Source: Bacteroidota bacterium
GTDB taxonomy: Bacteria > Bacteroidota > Bacteroidia > Bacteroidales > UBA12077
Direction of reading: 5' to 3'
Assembly: GCA_034189025.1 (NCBI GenBank)
Contig: JAXHVS010000142.1
Coordinates: forward strand, 66,147-128,830
DNA length: 62,684 nt
The translations under genes and the position numbers were made by a program. The notes beneath the pieces are model-generated. The model was not told the origin of the DNA and made no database searches. It saw only the letters and a program-made list of their open reading frames with translations. This document shows positions 48,601-59,594 of the stretch, in pieces (the stretch's first letter is position 1; each line of letters opens with the position of its first letter).

Positions 48601-48757
48601 AAGTATTATCGATAATTATAATCCTGATGCCGATGACGATATTATAAGAATTGCAAAAGAGAAATACAATCAGATCATTGAAGATGAAAAATTAGATATG
48701 GATGAAGAGGAGTCTGACGAAATTTTATTGGAATTTGAAAAAGATAAAAATGAATAG
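45662..48757 (+). CDS. large secreted tetratricopeptide-repeat (TPR) protein
   Basis: 1031 aa with a signal peptide (ILFSQISLYAQE), many approximately 34-aa A/Y/L-patterned repeats (e.g. YYxLGYCYY, AxxxFxxV) and an acidic C-terminus. Confidence 0.85.
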   Translation: MIHAKHILIIAINLILFSQISLYAQETMVFTNPDKAYKTGLDLFEKEKYGVAQKHFRDAIESYGDAQPEFKANARYYEALCALELFNQDAEYLISTFIAEHPENSKVNMARFHMGEFQYRQKKYQQAIDWFNRVDKRQLEKDELSEYYFKLGYSHFILGNYDDAGSAFYEIKDVNTKYTAPALYYYSHIAYEEKNYETALQGFQRLSNNETFAPVVPYYITQIYYLQGKYDEVIDYAPKLLESASAKRAPEIAKVIGDSYYKKHEFDNALEYLQKHADDAKNISREDYYQLGYCYYRAEQYDSAAVAFEKVTNENDQLAQNAYFHLADCYIELGQKKKARFAFEFASKLDFDPEIKEEALFNYALLTYELFHSPFNEAIDAFHDFIEIYPNSNRLDDAYNFLVMAYMYTSNYKEALNSLEKISEMDHAMKEAYQKVAYYRGLELYNNLHYEQAIQTLNKSLQYPGYNKAIYAQANYWKAEAFYQLGEYEKAVEGYNTFLLTTGAFELDKYELAHYNMGYAYFKLKDYPNAIKWFRKYIGFTKNEKSRTVADAYNRIGDSYFISRSYWTAIEYYDKTVEIGLLDKDYALFQRGFSLGLLNRPEKKINTMQRLINEHPESAYVDDALFEMAKSNLDQQNAQVALQLYKRIVDEFPSSSYIKKSLVQLGLIYYNNDNNDEALKYYKRVVAEYPGTTEAKNALTGIKNIYVDMNDVDTYFAYANSLGEFADVSVSEQDSLTYISAEKLYMTGNCEKSILQFNNYLNEFKNGSFILNAHFYLAECYNRMGNNEKALEAYNFVIDKTKNTFTEQALVEAASINYDFGDYKKAFSHYKQLEEIAELNTHLIESRAGQMRCNYQLNDYKNTIQSANKLLHTEKISGELKREARYKKGKSLYQTENFDLALDEFRIISEDVNSKEGAEAKYLICKIYFNDKHYDVAEHEIFDFASQNTSQEYWLAKAFILLSDIYVAKDDKFQAKHTLKSIIDNYNPDADDDIIRIAKEKYNQIIEDEKLDMDEEESDEILLEFEKDKNE

Positions 48758-48808
48758 TTGTCAACATACACAATACATAGCATTAATTAATGATAAAATA
48801 AATTTGAT

Positions 48809-50470
48809 ATGAATCGAAATCTAATCATATATATTATTTTATTTTCTTTACTTTTTATTGGTTTAAATGCTTTTTCGCAAGAAAATCTAACTAAAGAAGT
48901 AAAGGTTGTTAAACCTTATGAGCCAACCATATCCGATGCAAATAAGATATCTTATTTACCTAAGATTTTGGATACTGTAAAGGTGGTGCCAGAAGTAAAT
49001 TATCTTTTGCAAACCAAACCCATAAATGTTGGTTATACTATAAACCCTATAAAACCTGCAAGAATGGTTAGTGAGCCATTAACCAAACTATATAATTCTT
49101 ATATTAGAGTTGGTGTTGGAACAAAAACACTTCCATTACTCGAAACTTATATTAACAGTAAACGTTCCGAAGATTATACTTTGGGTGTTTATTATAAGTA
49201 CTCTGCATCATATGCCAAAGTCGAATTATTAAATGATGAAAGAGTTTTTGCTGGCTATAGTGATAACGATTTGCAGTTATTTGGCAAAAAGTTTTTTAAA
49301 AACGCTACCCTACAGGGTGATTTAGGTGTGCAAGGCGATACTCGTTATTTTTACGGTTACGATACAAAAATCGACACCTCAATGGAAAAAGACGATATCC
49401 GTCAGAAATATTTTAAATTTAACATGAGTGCCAACTATAAAAGCACCTATGTAGATTCTAATCATATTAATTATGATTTTAACGTAGGCATTGACTACGT
49501 TAAAGATGATTTTAGCAACAATGAGCTTGGATTTAAAGTTAAAGGTGATTTAAATAAAATTTTTTCAGAAGAAATGGTTGGAGCAAAAGTAGGCATTGAA
49601 CATTATTCGGTTAGTGAAAATGTCGATTCCTCCAATAATACAATTATAAATATCAATCCCTGGGTAGGTAAGTTTGGTGATAAATGGAGAGTAAAAGCAG
49701 GAATTAATATTTATTCCGACATTAAAGAGAATAATACAAACACCTATTATTATCCCGTGGGCCTTTTGGAATATGATGTTGCCAATCATTTCCTTATTCC
49801 GTATGCTGGGGTAGATGGTAAAATTGAGGTCAACAATTTTCTTAAAACAATTAGCATTAATCCATTTATTGTTCCAGGCCAGAGTATGTTAAACACCGAC
49901 CATAAGTTGATTTTGTATGGAGGTATTCGTGGGAATTTTAATTCTACCACGTATTATAATTTTAAAGTATCTTATTCATTAATTGATAATATGCCCTTTT
50001 TTGTAAATAATTTGGCACTTACCGATAGTACAGGCAATCAATTTTCAGTTGTATACGATAATATAGAATTGGTAAGTTATTTCGGTGAATTGTCATTAGC
50101 TCCCAATGAAAAGTTATATCTACATATCAAAGCCAATTATCGTAATTATAAAATGGATATCGAACAAAAACCCTGGCATAAACCTTCTTTTGACCTTACT
50201 TTTTCTGCCCGCTATAATTTACGCGATAAGATAATTTTAAAAGGAGATATCTTTTCTTTAGGCAATCGATATGCAAAATTAGATAATACTGGAAATTTTG
50301 CAGAATTGGAGTCTGTTATTGATATTAATATTGGCGCCGAATACCGCTATTCCAAAATTTTATCAGGGTTTATCCAATTTAACAATATCCTGTCCGATAA
50401 TTATTACCACTGGAACTATTATCCAACCTATGGGTTTAATGTTTTGTTAGGTATTACTTATGCATTTTAA
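48809..50470 (+). CDS. putative outer-membrane beta-barrel (porin-like) protein
   Basis: 553 aa with a signal peptide (LNAFSQE), alternating hydrophobic beta-strand pattern rich in Y/G/N, and a C-terminal ...GITYAF ending in Phe. Confidence 0.6.
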   Translation: MNRNLIIYIILFSLLFIGLNAFSQENLTKEVKVVKPYEPTISDANKISYLPKILDTVKVVPEVNYLLQTKPINVGYTINPIKPARMVSEPLTKLYNSYIRVGVGTKTLPLLETYINSKRSEDYTLGVYYKYSASYAKVELLNDERVFAGYSDNDLQLFGKKFFKNATLQGDLGVQGDTRYFYGYDTKIDTSMEKDDIRQKYFKFNMSANYKSTYVDSNHINYDFNVGIDYVKDDFSNNELGFKVKGDLNKIFSEEMVGAKVGIEHYSVSENVDSSNNTIININPWVGKFGDKWRVKAGINIYSDIKENNTNTYYYPVGLLEYDVANHFLIPYAGVDGKIEVNNFLKTISINPFIVPGQSMLNTDHKLILYGGIRGNFNSTTYYNFKVSYSLIDNMPFFVNNLALTDSTGNQFSVVYDNIELVSYFGELSLAPNEKLYLHIKANYRNYKMDIEQKPWHKPSFDLTFSARYNLRDKIILKGDIFSLGNRYAKLDNTGNFAELESVIDINIGAEYRYSKILSGFIQFNNILSDNYYHWNYYPTYGFNVLLGITYAF

Positions 50471-50742
50471 TGCGTTAAAAATCACGCAAAAAAGTGTGAA
50501 TTTATTGTTAATAAAATCCTCTATTTTATAAGGTTTTAAATACTTAAAAATCATTAATTTTTAGTATATTTACATGATATTTAAACGAAAGCGATTTAGT
50601 GCTGTAATCTTTTGGTATACAGTATTTTACAGATATGTTTTTTGGCCTTAAGAAATACTATATAATCCATTAATTAAAATAGTTCAAAAATAAAATATAT
50701 CGGATATTTTTTATCCGTAATTGGGCAATTTTGTTTTAATAA

Positions 50743-52773
<2,031 letters not shown>

Positions 52774-52798
52774 TAAATATTTATTAAATTAAAATAAA

Positions 52799-52825
52799 AT
52801 GGCTGTTTTTTTAACAGCCATTTTT
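52799..52825. terminator. bidirectional intrinsic terminator between gyrB and the convergent peptidase gene
   Basis: 9-bp stem ATGGCTGTT / AACAGCCAT with a T5 loop, a T-run downstream and an A/T-run upstream. Confidence 0.75.
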
Positions 52826-52852
52826 AAGTGAATTCTTTGTTTTTTTTGTGTC

Positions 52853-53944
52853 TTATTTAAATCGATAAGCAGCTTTTTCTAAATCGTCCACTGAGTTAAT
52901 TTGTTTTGGTGGTTTTAAGTATTGGCCTAAAAATTTATAAATTTTTACCCGTATATTTCTTGCTTCTTTAGTATCCATTCTATCGAATGAATGGCCACCC
53001 GGAATATCCTGGTAAATTTCATATTCGAATTTTTTTCCATCTGCTTTAAGCGATTTTATGAGGTGTTCTACTTCAAGTACATTTACATCGTCATCGTTGG
53101 TGTTGGTATGGATAAGCAATGGCGTGTTTTGAAATTTGTGTGTATTCCATGCCGGTGATCTTCTGCGATATTCATTTACATCTTCATAAGCCGTTTTGCC
53201 AATATGGTAATCCGCTGAATATAAAGCTCTGTAGCTGTCAGTATAATATCCCATGCGGGAAATTAAATCACTTACAGGAACTCCGGCAAAAGCTACTTTA
53301 TAATGTTTTGGATGATCAAAAATATTATGAAGCGTAATTAATCCACCATGGCTCCATCCAATAATTCCAACCCGGTTTTTATCTACAATATCATAGTTGT
53401 CAATCATAAACTGACGGCTGGCATCCACATCTTCTACTTCTAATCCTCCGTAATCAATTTTCTCGTAATGCGACTTGCCGTAGCCCGTACTACCTCTGTA
53501 TTCGGCTGCAACCACTATGTATTGTTGAGCCATTAATTCACGTATAATGTGTGTATAATAGGTAGTAAAATCTGCATGAACACCGCCGTGAGGCAGTACA
53601 ATCAAAGGATACTTTTTGGATGGATCAATATCCTTTGGCACAAAGGTATAAGCCCAGAATTTTACAGGATTGCCAGCTCCCATTGCTGTCGGATTTTCTT
53701 CTTTCCATTTGGGCGGCCCATAAATGTAAACTTTGTCAACAAAAGCAATGTCGCCAACTTTTTGGTTCCATAGCACATCGTCGGTAAGTTTTTCCAACCG
53801 GTCCAATCGATGATTCAAATACTCCATTTGGGTATTTAACGTTTTTATAATCTCATCTTTATCTTCTGAAGTAGTTTGTGCCTCTGTTAAAAACGGTATA
53901 AGTAAGAGGCCAAATAATGTGGTTAGAAAATAATTTTTTCTCAT
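52853..53944 (-). CDS. S9-family alpha/beta-hydrolase peptidase (prolyl oligopeptidase/dipeptidyl peptidase-like catalytic domain)
   Basis: Nucleophile motif GWSHGG, then D and H (NDDDVNV, GGHSF), and a signal peptide after the internal Met (MRKNYFLTTLFGLLLIPFLTEA). The track ORF extends to 54022 and would overlap dapF. Confidence 0.8.
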   Translation of the reverse strand: MRKNYFLTTLFGLLLIPFLTEAQTTSEDKDEIIKTLNTQMEYLNHRLDRLEKLTDDVLWNQKVGDIAFVDKVYIYGPPKWKEENPTAMGAGNPVKFWAYTFVPKDIDPSKKYPLIVLPHGGVHADFTTYYTHIIRELMAQQYIVVAAEYRGSTGYGKSHYEKIDYGGLEVEDVDASRQFMIDNYDIVDKNRVGIIGWSHGGLITLHNIFDHPKHYKVAFAGVPVSDLISRMGYYTDSYRALYSADYHIGKTAYEDVNEYRRRSPAWNTHKFQNTPLLIHTNTNDDDVNVLEVEHLIKSLKADGKKFEYEIYQDIPGGHSFDRMDTKEARNIRVKIYKFLGQYLKPPKQINSVDDLEKAAYRFK

Positions 53945-53993
53945 AGTGATTCTATTTTTGGTTTTACATTGGACAATATTTATTAGCAAGTGT

Positions 53994-54773
53994 TTAAAAT
54001 TCAAACTCACCTTTAAAAACAAATTTTGCAGGCCCTGTTAGCCATACATGTGTGTATGAGTGGTTGGTGTTTTTTTGAAAACGTACATTAAGTTTTCCGC
54101 CCCGTGTGATAATATCCAGTGAATTTTTGTCAGTATATTGTCCAGCCGATGCGCAAATCGCAGCTGCAGTTACTCCGGTTCCACAGGATAATGTTTCGTT
54201 TTCAACCCCCCGTTCGAAAGTTCTTACAAAAAGATTGTTGTTATTAATTTCAACAAAATTAACATTGGTACCTTTTGGGGCAAAAAGCGCACTTTCTCTA
54301 ATTTTTTTCCCTTCGGTATAAACATCTATATCCTTTATATTTTGCGAAAAAATAACATAATGAGGAGAACCCGTATTAACAAAAAAGTTTCCATCCATTT
54401 TTAATACTTTTTTAACATCCTGCATTTGTAGGGCAACAATATCTTTTTGTTTAATAAAGGCATGATGTGCTCCGTCAATTGTATTAAACATAGTTTCTTC
54501 ATCAATAATTTCTAACGATTTTACAAAAGCAACCAAACATCTTCCTCCATTTCCACACATGGATCCTTCGTTTCCGTCTGAATTAAAATAGCGCATATTA
54601 AAATCTAGCGTGGGATGTTTTTCTAAAAGCATTAATCCATCGGCACCTACACCAAATCTGCGGTCGCATATCTGTGCTATTTGTTTTTGGGTTAAATTTA
54701 CTGAATGATCTCTGTTGTCGATAATTATAAAATCATTACCTGTACCTTGATATTTCGAGAAAGTGAACCTCAT
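53994..54773 (-). CDS. dapF: diaminopimelate epimerase
   Basis: 259 aa with FSKYQGTGNDF, catalytic Cys motifs NSDGNEGSMCGNG and SCGTGVTA. Confidence 0.92.
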   Translation of the reverse strand: MRFTFSKYQGTGNDFIIIDNRDHSVNLTQKQIAQICDRRFGVGADGLMLLEKHPTLDFNMRYFNSDGNEGSMCGNGGRCLVAFVKSLEIIDEETMFNTIDGAHHAFIKQKDIVALQMQDVKKVLKMDGNFFVNTGSPHYVIFSQNIKDIDVYTEGKKIRESALFAPKGTNVNFVEINNNNLFVRTFERGVENETLSCGTGVTAAAICASAGQYTDKNSLDIITRGGKLNVRFQKNTNHSYTHVWLTGPAKFVFKGEFEF

Positions 54774-54876
54774 CCGTTTATTTTTGTATAATGATAAATT
54801 GATATTAAAATCGTTACAATAACTTATTATTTGTTAAATATTGTTAAATGTATTATATTATATGCCTTGCAGGCAT

Positions 54877-54884
54877 TAATTTTG
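54877..54884 (+). promoter_or_regulatory. Bacteroidota-type -7 box TAATTTTG
   Basis: Matches TAnnTTTG, 52 nt upstream of the htrA ATG and immediately after a 6-bp hairpin. Confidence 0.35.
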
Positions 54885-54935
54885 CCTGTATAGATTTTAC
54901 AGCAAGTAAATTTATTAATTTAAATCTAATTTATC

Positions 54936-56423
54936 ATGAAAGCTCAAAATTTATTAGGAAATGTAGTAATTTCATTATTATCTGCATTTTTAGCGATAAT
55001 TATATATGCTAATTTTTATGAAAAAGAGTTAACTCAAGTACCTGATGCTGAACAGCAAAAACAAAGTACATTAGAACTCATAAACGATTCTAACCAGGTT
55101 AAGTATACTCAATATCCTGTCAGTCCGTTAGGTGAGATTTTTGATTTTACAACAGCTGCCGAAAATAGTGTAAATGCAGTAGTTCATGTAACATCAAAAT
55201 ATAACTTACGAAACGATTATTATGGCAACCCTCTATATGAATTTTTCTTTGGCGACCGTTATTCGCGTCAACCTGCTGTTTCATTTGGATCAGGAGTAAT
55301 TATTACGGATGATGGATATATTGTTACCAATAATCATGTAATAGAAAAATCAGATGAAATTCAGGTAGTATTGAATGACAGGAGAACTTATACCGCCGAA
55401 TTGGTTGGTACAGATCCAGGAACCGATTTGGCATTATTAAAAATTGATGGCAAAAACTTGCCATTCATTGCTATGGGAAACTCAGATGATATAAAAATTG
55501 GTGAATGGGTTTTGGCAGTTGGTAATCCTTTTAATTTAACTTCTACTGTCACAGCCGGAATAGTGAGTGCAAAAGCACGTAATATAAATATCTTACAAGA
55601 TCAAAGATATCCTATTGAATCGTATATCCAAACAGATGCAGCGGTAAATAAAGGGAATAGTGGCGGAGCTTTAGTAAATATGCAAAGCGAACTAGTAGGT
55701 ATTAATTCAGCGATCCTTTCGCCTTCGGGAGCTTATTCAGGATATTCTTTTGCAATTCCTGTTAATATCGTACGTAAGGTTGTTTCGGATATTATAAAAT
55801 ATGGCGAAGTGCAACGAGCCTTGCTGGGTGTTGAAATTAGAGACGTTACCGAAGAGTTGGTTGAAAAATATAATTTAGATAAAATTGAAGGTGTCTTAAT
55901 TGCAGGCGTTACTGATGATGGAGCCGCAAAAGAAGCAGGATTAAAATCGGGAGATGTTATTTTGGAGATTAATGATGTAAAGATCAATAGTGTTGCAGAA
56001 TTAACTGGACAAATTGGCAGATACAGGCCTGGAGAGAAAGTAAATATAACCATTAAAAGAGCGAATAAAAAGAAACAAATAGATGTAATCTTACGTAATA
56101 TGTATGGAACAACTAAGATTATTAAAGCCGATGAATATTTAGCCATTTTAGGTGCTGATTTTCAAAAGCTAAGTACTAGTGATCAAAGACGTTTAGGGAT
56201 TAAAACCGGAGTTAAAGTGGTTGATATAAAAAATGATGGCGCACTTAAAAAAGCTGGTATAAAAGAAGGTTTTGTTATTACTTATATCCAGGGTGAAAAA
56301 ATTTCACATGTTGATGATATTAAACAGGTATTAAGAAATATTGGTTTAGGGGTTGAAGTTGAGATTGAAGGAATGTATCCCGGTGGAAAATATATTTATG
56401 TTTACCGGGTAGAATTAGAATAA
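54936..56423 (+). CDS. htrA: Do/HtrA-family periplasmic serine endopeptidase with two PDZ domains
   Basis: 495 aa with catalytic TNNHV, DLALLK and GNSGGAL, followed by two PDZ-like segments. Confidence 0.9.
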   Translation: MKAQNLLGNVVISLLSAFLAIIIYANFYEKELTQVPDAEQQKQSTLELINDSNQVKYTQYPVSPLGEIFDFTTAAENSVNAVVHVTSKYNLRNDYYGNPLYEFFFGDRYSRQPAVSFGSGVIITDDGYIVTNNHVIEKSDEIQVVLNDRRTYTAELVGTDPGTDLALLKIDGKNLPFIAMGNSDDIKIGEWVLAVGNPFNLTSTVTAGIVSAKARNINILQDQRYPIESYIQTDAAVNKGNSGGALVNMQSELVGINSAILSPSGAYSGYSFAIPVNIVRKVVSDIIKYGEVQRALLGVEIRDVTEELVEKYNLDKIEGVLIAGVTDDGAAKEAGLKSGDVILEINDVKINSVAELTGQIGRYRPGEKVNITIKRANKKKQIDVILRNMYGTTKIIKADEYLAILGADFQKLSTSDQRRLGIKTGVKVVDIKNDGALKKAGIKEGFVITYIQGEKISHVDDIKQVLRNIGLGVEVEIEGMYPGGKYIYVYRVELE

Positions 56424-56508
56424 TGATAAAATCAACAAAAAGTGATTTATTTTTTTATTGAAACTAAAATTAATATGCTATAAATTCGATGAAATTTTAA
56501 AATAGCCC

Positions 56509-57366
56509 ATGAGACAGTTAAAAATTACCAAATCAATTACCAATAGGGAAACTGCCTCTTTGGATAAGTATTTGCACGAAATTGGCAAAGAGGATTTGAT
56601 TACCGTTGAAGAAGAGGTTGAGTTGGCACAGAGGATTAAAAAGGGAGATAGGGCTGCTTTGGAAAAATTGACTAAAGCGAATTTAAGGTTTGTTGTTTCT
56701 GTTGCCAAGCAATACCAAAACCAGGGATTAACATTACCCGACTTGATTAATGAAGGGAATTTAGGGTTAATTAAAGCTGCTGAAAAATTTGATGAAACCC
56801 GTGGTTTTAAATTTATATCTTATGCTGTTTGGTGGATAAGACAATCGATTTTGCAAGCGCTTGCAGAACAGTCAAGAATTGTTCGTTTGCCTTTAAACCA
56901 AGTGGGCTCATTAAATAGAATTAATAAAGCACTTTCTCGGTTTGAGCAGGAAAATGAAAGAGCTGCTTCTCCTGATGAAATTGCCGATGCTTTGGATTTG
57001 CCAAAAGATAAAATTACGGATACCATGAGGGTATCCGGTAGGCATATTTCGGTTGATGCTCCCTTTCAGGAAGGCGAAGACAACAGCTTGCTTGACGTGC
57101 TCGAAAATGATGATTCTCCCAATGCCGACAATACGCTAATCAATGAATCGCTAATGAAAGAAATTGAACGCTCGTTGGCAACATTAACCGAACGTGAACG
57201 CGATATTCTAAAAATGTTTTTTGGTATTGGGATTCAAGAAATGACCCTCGAAGAAATTGGCGACAGGCTTGGGTTAACCCGGGAAAGAGTGAGGCAAATT
57301 AAAGAAAAAGCAATACGCAGGCTTAGACACACCTCACGAAGTAAATTGTTAAAAACATATTTATGA
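56509..57366 (+). CDS. rpoD: primary RNA polymerase sigma factor (sigma-70 family, short Bacteroidota type)
   Basis: 285 aa with region 2 [17 protein letters not shown] and [10 protein letters not shown], and region 4.2 [23 protein letters not shown]. No long region 1.1. Confidence 0.93.
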   Translation: MRQLKITKSITNRETASLDKYLHEIGKEDLITVEEEVELAQRIKKGDRAALEKLTKANLRFVVSVAKQYQNQGLTLPDLINEGNLGLIKAAEKFDETRGFKFISYAVWWIRQSILQALAEQSRIVRLPLNQVGSLNRINKALSRFEQENERAASPDEIADALDLPKDKITDTMRVSGRHISVDAPFQEGEDNSLLDVLENDDSPNADNTLINESLMKEIERSLATLTERERDILKMFFGIGIQEMTLEEIGDRLGLTRERVRQIKEKAIRRLRHTSRSKLLKTYL

Positions 57367-57393
57367 TTAAACAATTTTTTAATTTGTTTTTGT

Positions 57394-57427
57394 AACGCTA
57401 TCTATAAGTTGGTAGCGTTTTTTTATT
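57394..57427 (+). terminator. intrinsic terminator after rpoD (abuts the convergent uvrB stop)
   Basis: 7-bp stem AACGCTA / TAGCGTT with a 12-nt loop, then a T-run. Confidence 0.55.
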
Positions 57428-59420
57428 TTTTATTTACTAATTCCTGCAAAGCAAACATCTCATCGCGTAATCTTGCAGCTTCTTTAAAATTAAGTTCTTT
57501 GGCCGCTTTCTCCATAGAGTGTTTATTTTTTTCTATCGCTTTTTCCAGAGCCTTTTTATCCATGTATTTTACGATTGGGTCAGCTGCTACATTAAGTTTT
57601 TCAGGTTCCGCATAGGCTTTTTTATGTTTCCCTGCCATCAAAGATTTGGAAGTTCTAACAATTTGTGTGGGTGTGATGTCATGTTTTTCGTTATATAGAA
57701 GCTGTTTCTCACGTCTTCTGTTGGTTTCATCAATGGTTTGTTGCATCGATCGGGTAATATTATCAGCATACATAATCACTTTTCCCTCCAGATTTCTGGC
57801 TGCACGTCCCGATGTTTGGGTTAGCGAACGAGCCGAACGCAAAAAACCTTCTTTATCAGCATCCAGAATAGCTACAAGTGAAACTTCTGGCAAGTCTAAT
57901 CCCTCGCGTAACAGATTTACTCCAACCAATACATCAATAATACCTTCGCGTAATTGATCCATAATCTCAACGCGCTCCAAAGTATCTATATCCGAATGTA
58001 TGTATCTACATTTTAAATCAAAACGGGTAAGGTATTTGGTTAACTCCTCAGCCATTCGCTTAGTGAGTGTGGTTACCAGCACTCGTTGATGTTTACCTGC
58101 CCTTTTATGGATTTCTTCCATCAAATCATCAATTTGATTGAGGGACGGGCGGACTTCTATTTCCGGGTCTATTAATCCCGTTGGCCGGATAAGCTGTTCT
58201 ACAAAGAAACCATCACATTTTTCAAATTCATAATCTGCAGGAGTAGCACTAACAAACAACAGTTGATTGGTTAAATCTTCAAACTCTTCGAATTTTAAGG
58301 GCCTGTTATCAATGGCTGCCGGTAATCGAAATCCATATTCCACTAAATTTTTCTTCCGGGCATGATCACCTCCATACATAGCTCGTATTTGCGGTAAGGT
58401 GACATGGCTTTCATCCACTACCGTAAGAAAATCATCAGGAAAATAATCAAGCAGGCAAAAAGGCCTTGTTCCAGGTTTGCGTCCGTCAAAATATCTCGAA
58501 TAGTTTTCAATACCCGAACAATAACCTAATTCTTTGATCATCTCCAGGTCATATTCTACCCGCTCTTTGATCCGTTTGGCTTCCAACGGTTTTCCTATAG
58601 ATTTAAAATACTCAATCTGTTGAAACAGATCATCCTGTATTTGCCGAATTGCCTGGTGCATCCGTTCTTTGGTAGTTACAAAAATATTGGCAGGATAAAT
58701 GACTCCGCTATCTAATGATTCTATAATTTCATTGGTCTGCGGATCAAAAGATTCAATTTCTTCAATCTCATCGCCCCAAAATATTACCCGATAGCCAAGA
58801 TCGCTATATGCCAGATAAATATCAATGGTATCGCCCTTCACCCTGAAGTTCCCGGGTTTAAAATCAATTTCGCTACGCGAATATAAGCTTTCTACCAGCG
58901 AACGTAAAAACTGATTTCTATTTAATGTTTGCCCTGTCTTTATCAAAATTGTGTTGCTGTGAAAATCCTCAGGGTTACCAATACCATACAAACACGATAC
59001 CGACGAAACCACAATCACATCCCTACGTCCGGAAAGGAGAGAGGAGGTAGCACTTAAACGCAATTTCTCTATCTCTTCGTTAATAGACAAATCCTTTTCA
59101 ATGTATGTGTCTGTTACCGGCAGGTAAGCTTCGGGTTGATAATAATCATAATACGAAACGAAATACTCCACGGCATTGTTGGGAAAAAACTGTTTAAACT
59201 CACTGTATAGCTGGGCAGCAAGTGTTTTATTATGACTTAATACCAGCGTTGGTTTTTCTACTTTTTCAATTACATTGGCCACGGTAAAAGTCTTTCCCGA
59301 TCCGGTTACACCCAGTAAGGTTTGGAATCTATCTCCACGTTCAATTCCTTCAACCAGTTGTTTAATGGCTTCGGGCTGATCGCCCGTTGGAACATATGAT
59401 GATGAAATTTTAAAGTTCAT
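57423..59420 (-). CDS. uvrB: excinuclease ABC subunit B
   Basis: MNFKISSSYVPTGDQPEAI N-terminus, Walker A GVTGSGKT, helicase motifs, and the C-terminal UVR domain (ELNFKEAARLRDEM). The track ORF has a 32-codon upstream extension that was rejected. Confidence 0.96.
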   Translation of the reverse strand: MNFKISSSYVPTGDQPEAIKQLVEGIERGDRFQTLLGVTGSGKTFTVANVIEKVEKPTLVLSHNKTLAAQLYSEFKQFFPNNAVEYFVSYYDYYQPEAYLPVTDTYIEKDLSINEEIEKLRLSATSSLLSGRRDVIVVSSVSCLYGIGNPEDFHSNTILIKTGQTLNRNQFLRSLVESLYSRSEIDFKPGNFRVKGDTIDIYLAYSDLGYRVIFWGDEIEEIESFDPQTNEIIESLDSGVIYPANIFVTTKERMHQAIRQIQDDLFQQIEYFKSIGKPLEAKRIKERVEYDLEMIKELGYCSGIENYSRYFDGRKPGTRPFCLLDYFPDDFLTVVDESHVTLPQIRAMYGGDHARKKNLVEYGFRLPAAIDNRPLKFEEFEDLTNQLLFVSATPADYEFEKCDGFFVEQLIRPTGLIDPEIEVRPSLNQIDDLMEEIHKRAGKHQRVLVTTLTKRMAEELTKYLTRFDLKCRYIHSDIDTLERVEIMDQLREGIIDVLVGVNLLREGLDLPEVSLVAILDADKEGFLRSARSLTQTSGRAARNLEGKVIMYADNITRSMQQTIDETNRRREKQLLYNEKHDITPTQIVRTSKSLMAGKHKKAYAEPEKLNVAADPIVKYMDKKALEKAIEKNKHSMEKAAKELNFKEAARLRDEMFALQELVNKK

Positions 59421-59594
59421 ATATCTATAGATGATTTTGACAGCTTTGATTTTGTACAGGTATTTATTGAAAGTCTGCTTTAAAAAATCTTTACGAAGAT
59501 AAAATATTGTGTACAAACTAACAACAGGCCAAAGCCTGCTTAAGGCATAATATAATTCTGGATTCTTTTACTAATTCTTCGTTTTTTGTAATTT

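Noticed and set aside
55733-56146. 137-aa minus-strand ORF inside htrA
   Set aside because: It is antisense to the PDZ region of a clearly functional htrA and has Ser/Ile/Phe-rich low-complexity sequence.
57409-57957. Two plus-strand ORFs (68 and 103 aa) inside uvrB
   Set aside because: They are antisense to uvrB, whose frame is uninterrupted and motif-rich.
59421-59516. 32-codon N-terminal extension of uvrB in the ORF track, and similar extensions at 53945-54022 (S9 peptidase) and 17064-17123 (SDR)
   Set aside because: The family N-termini begin at internal Met codons (MNFKISSSYVPTGDQP, MRKNYFLTTLF signal peptide, MMKKFENKVALITGG). The S9 extension would also overlap dapF.
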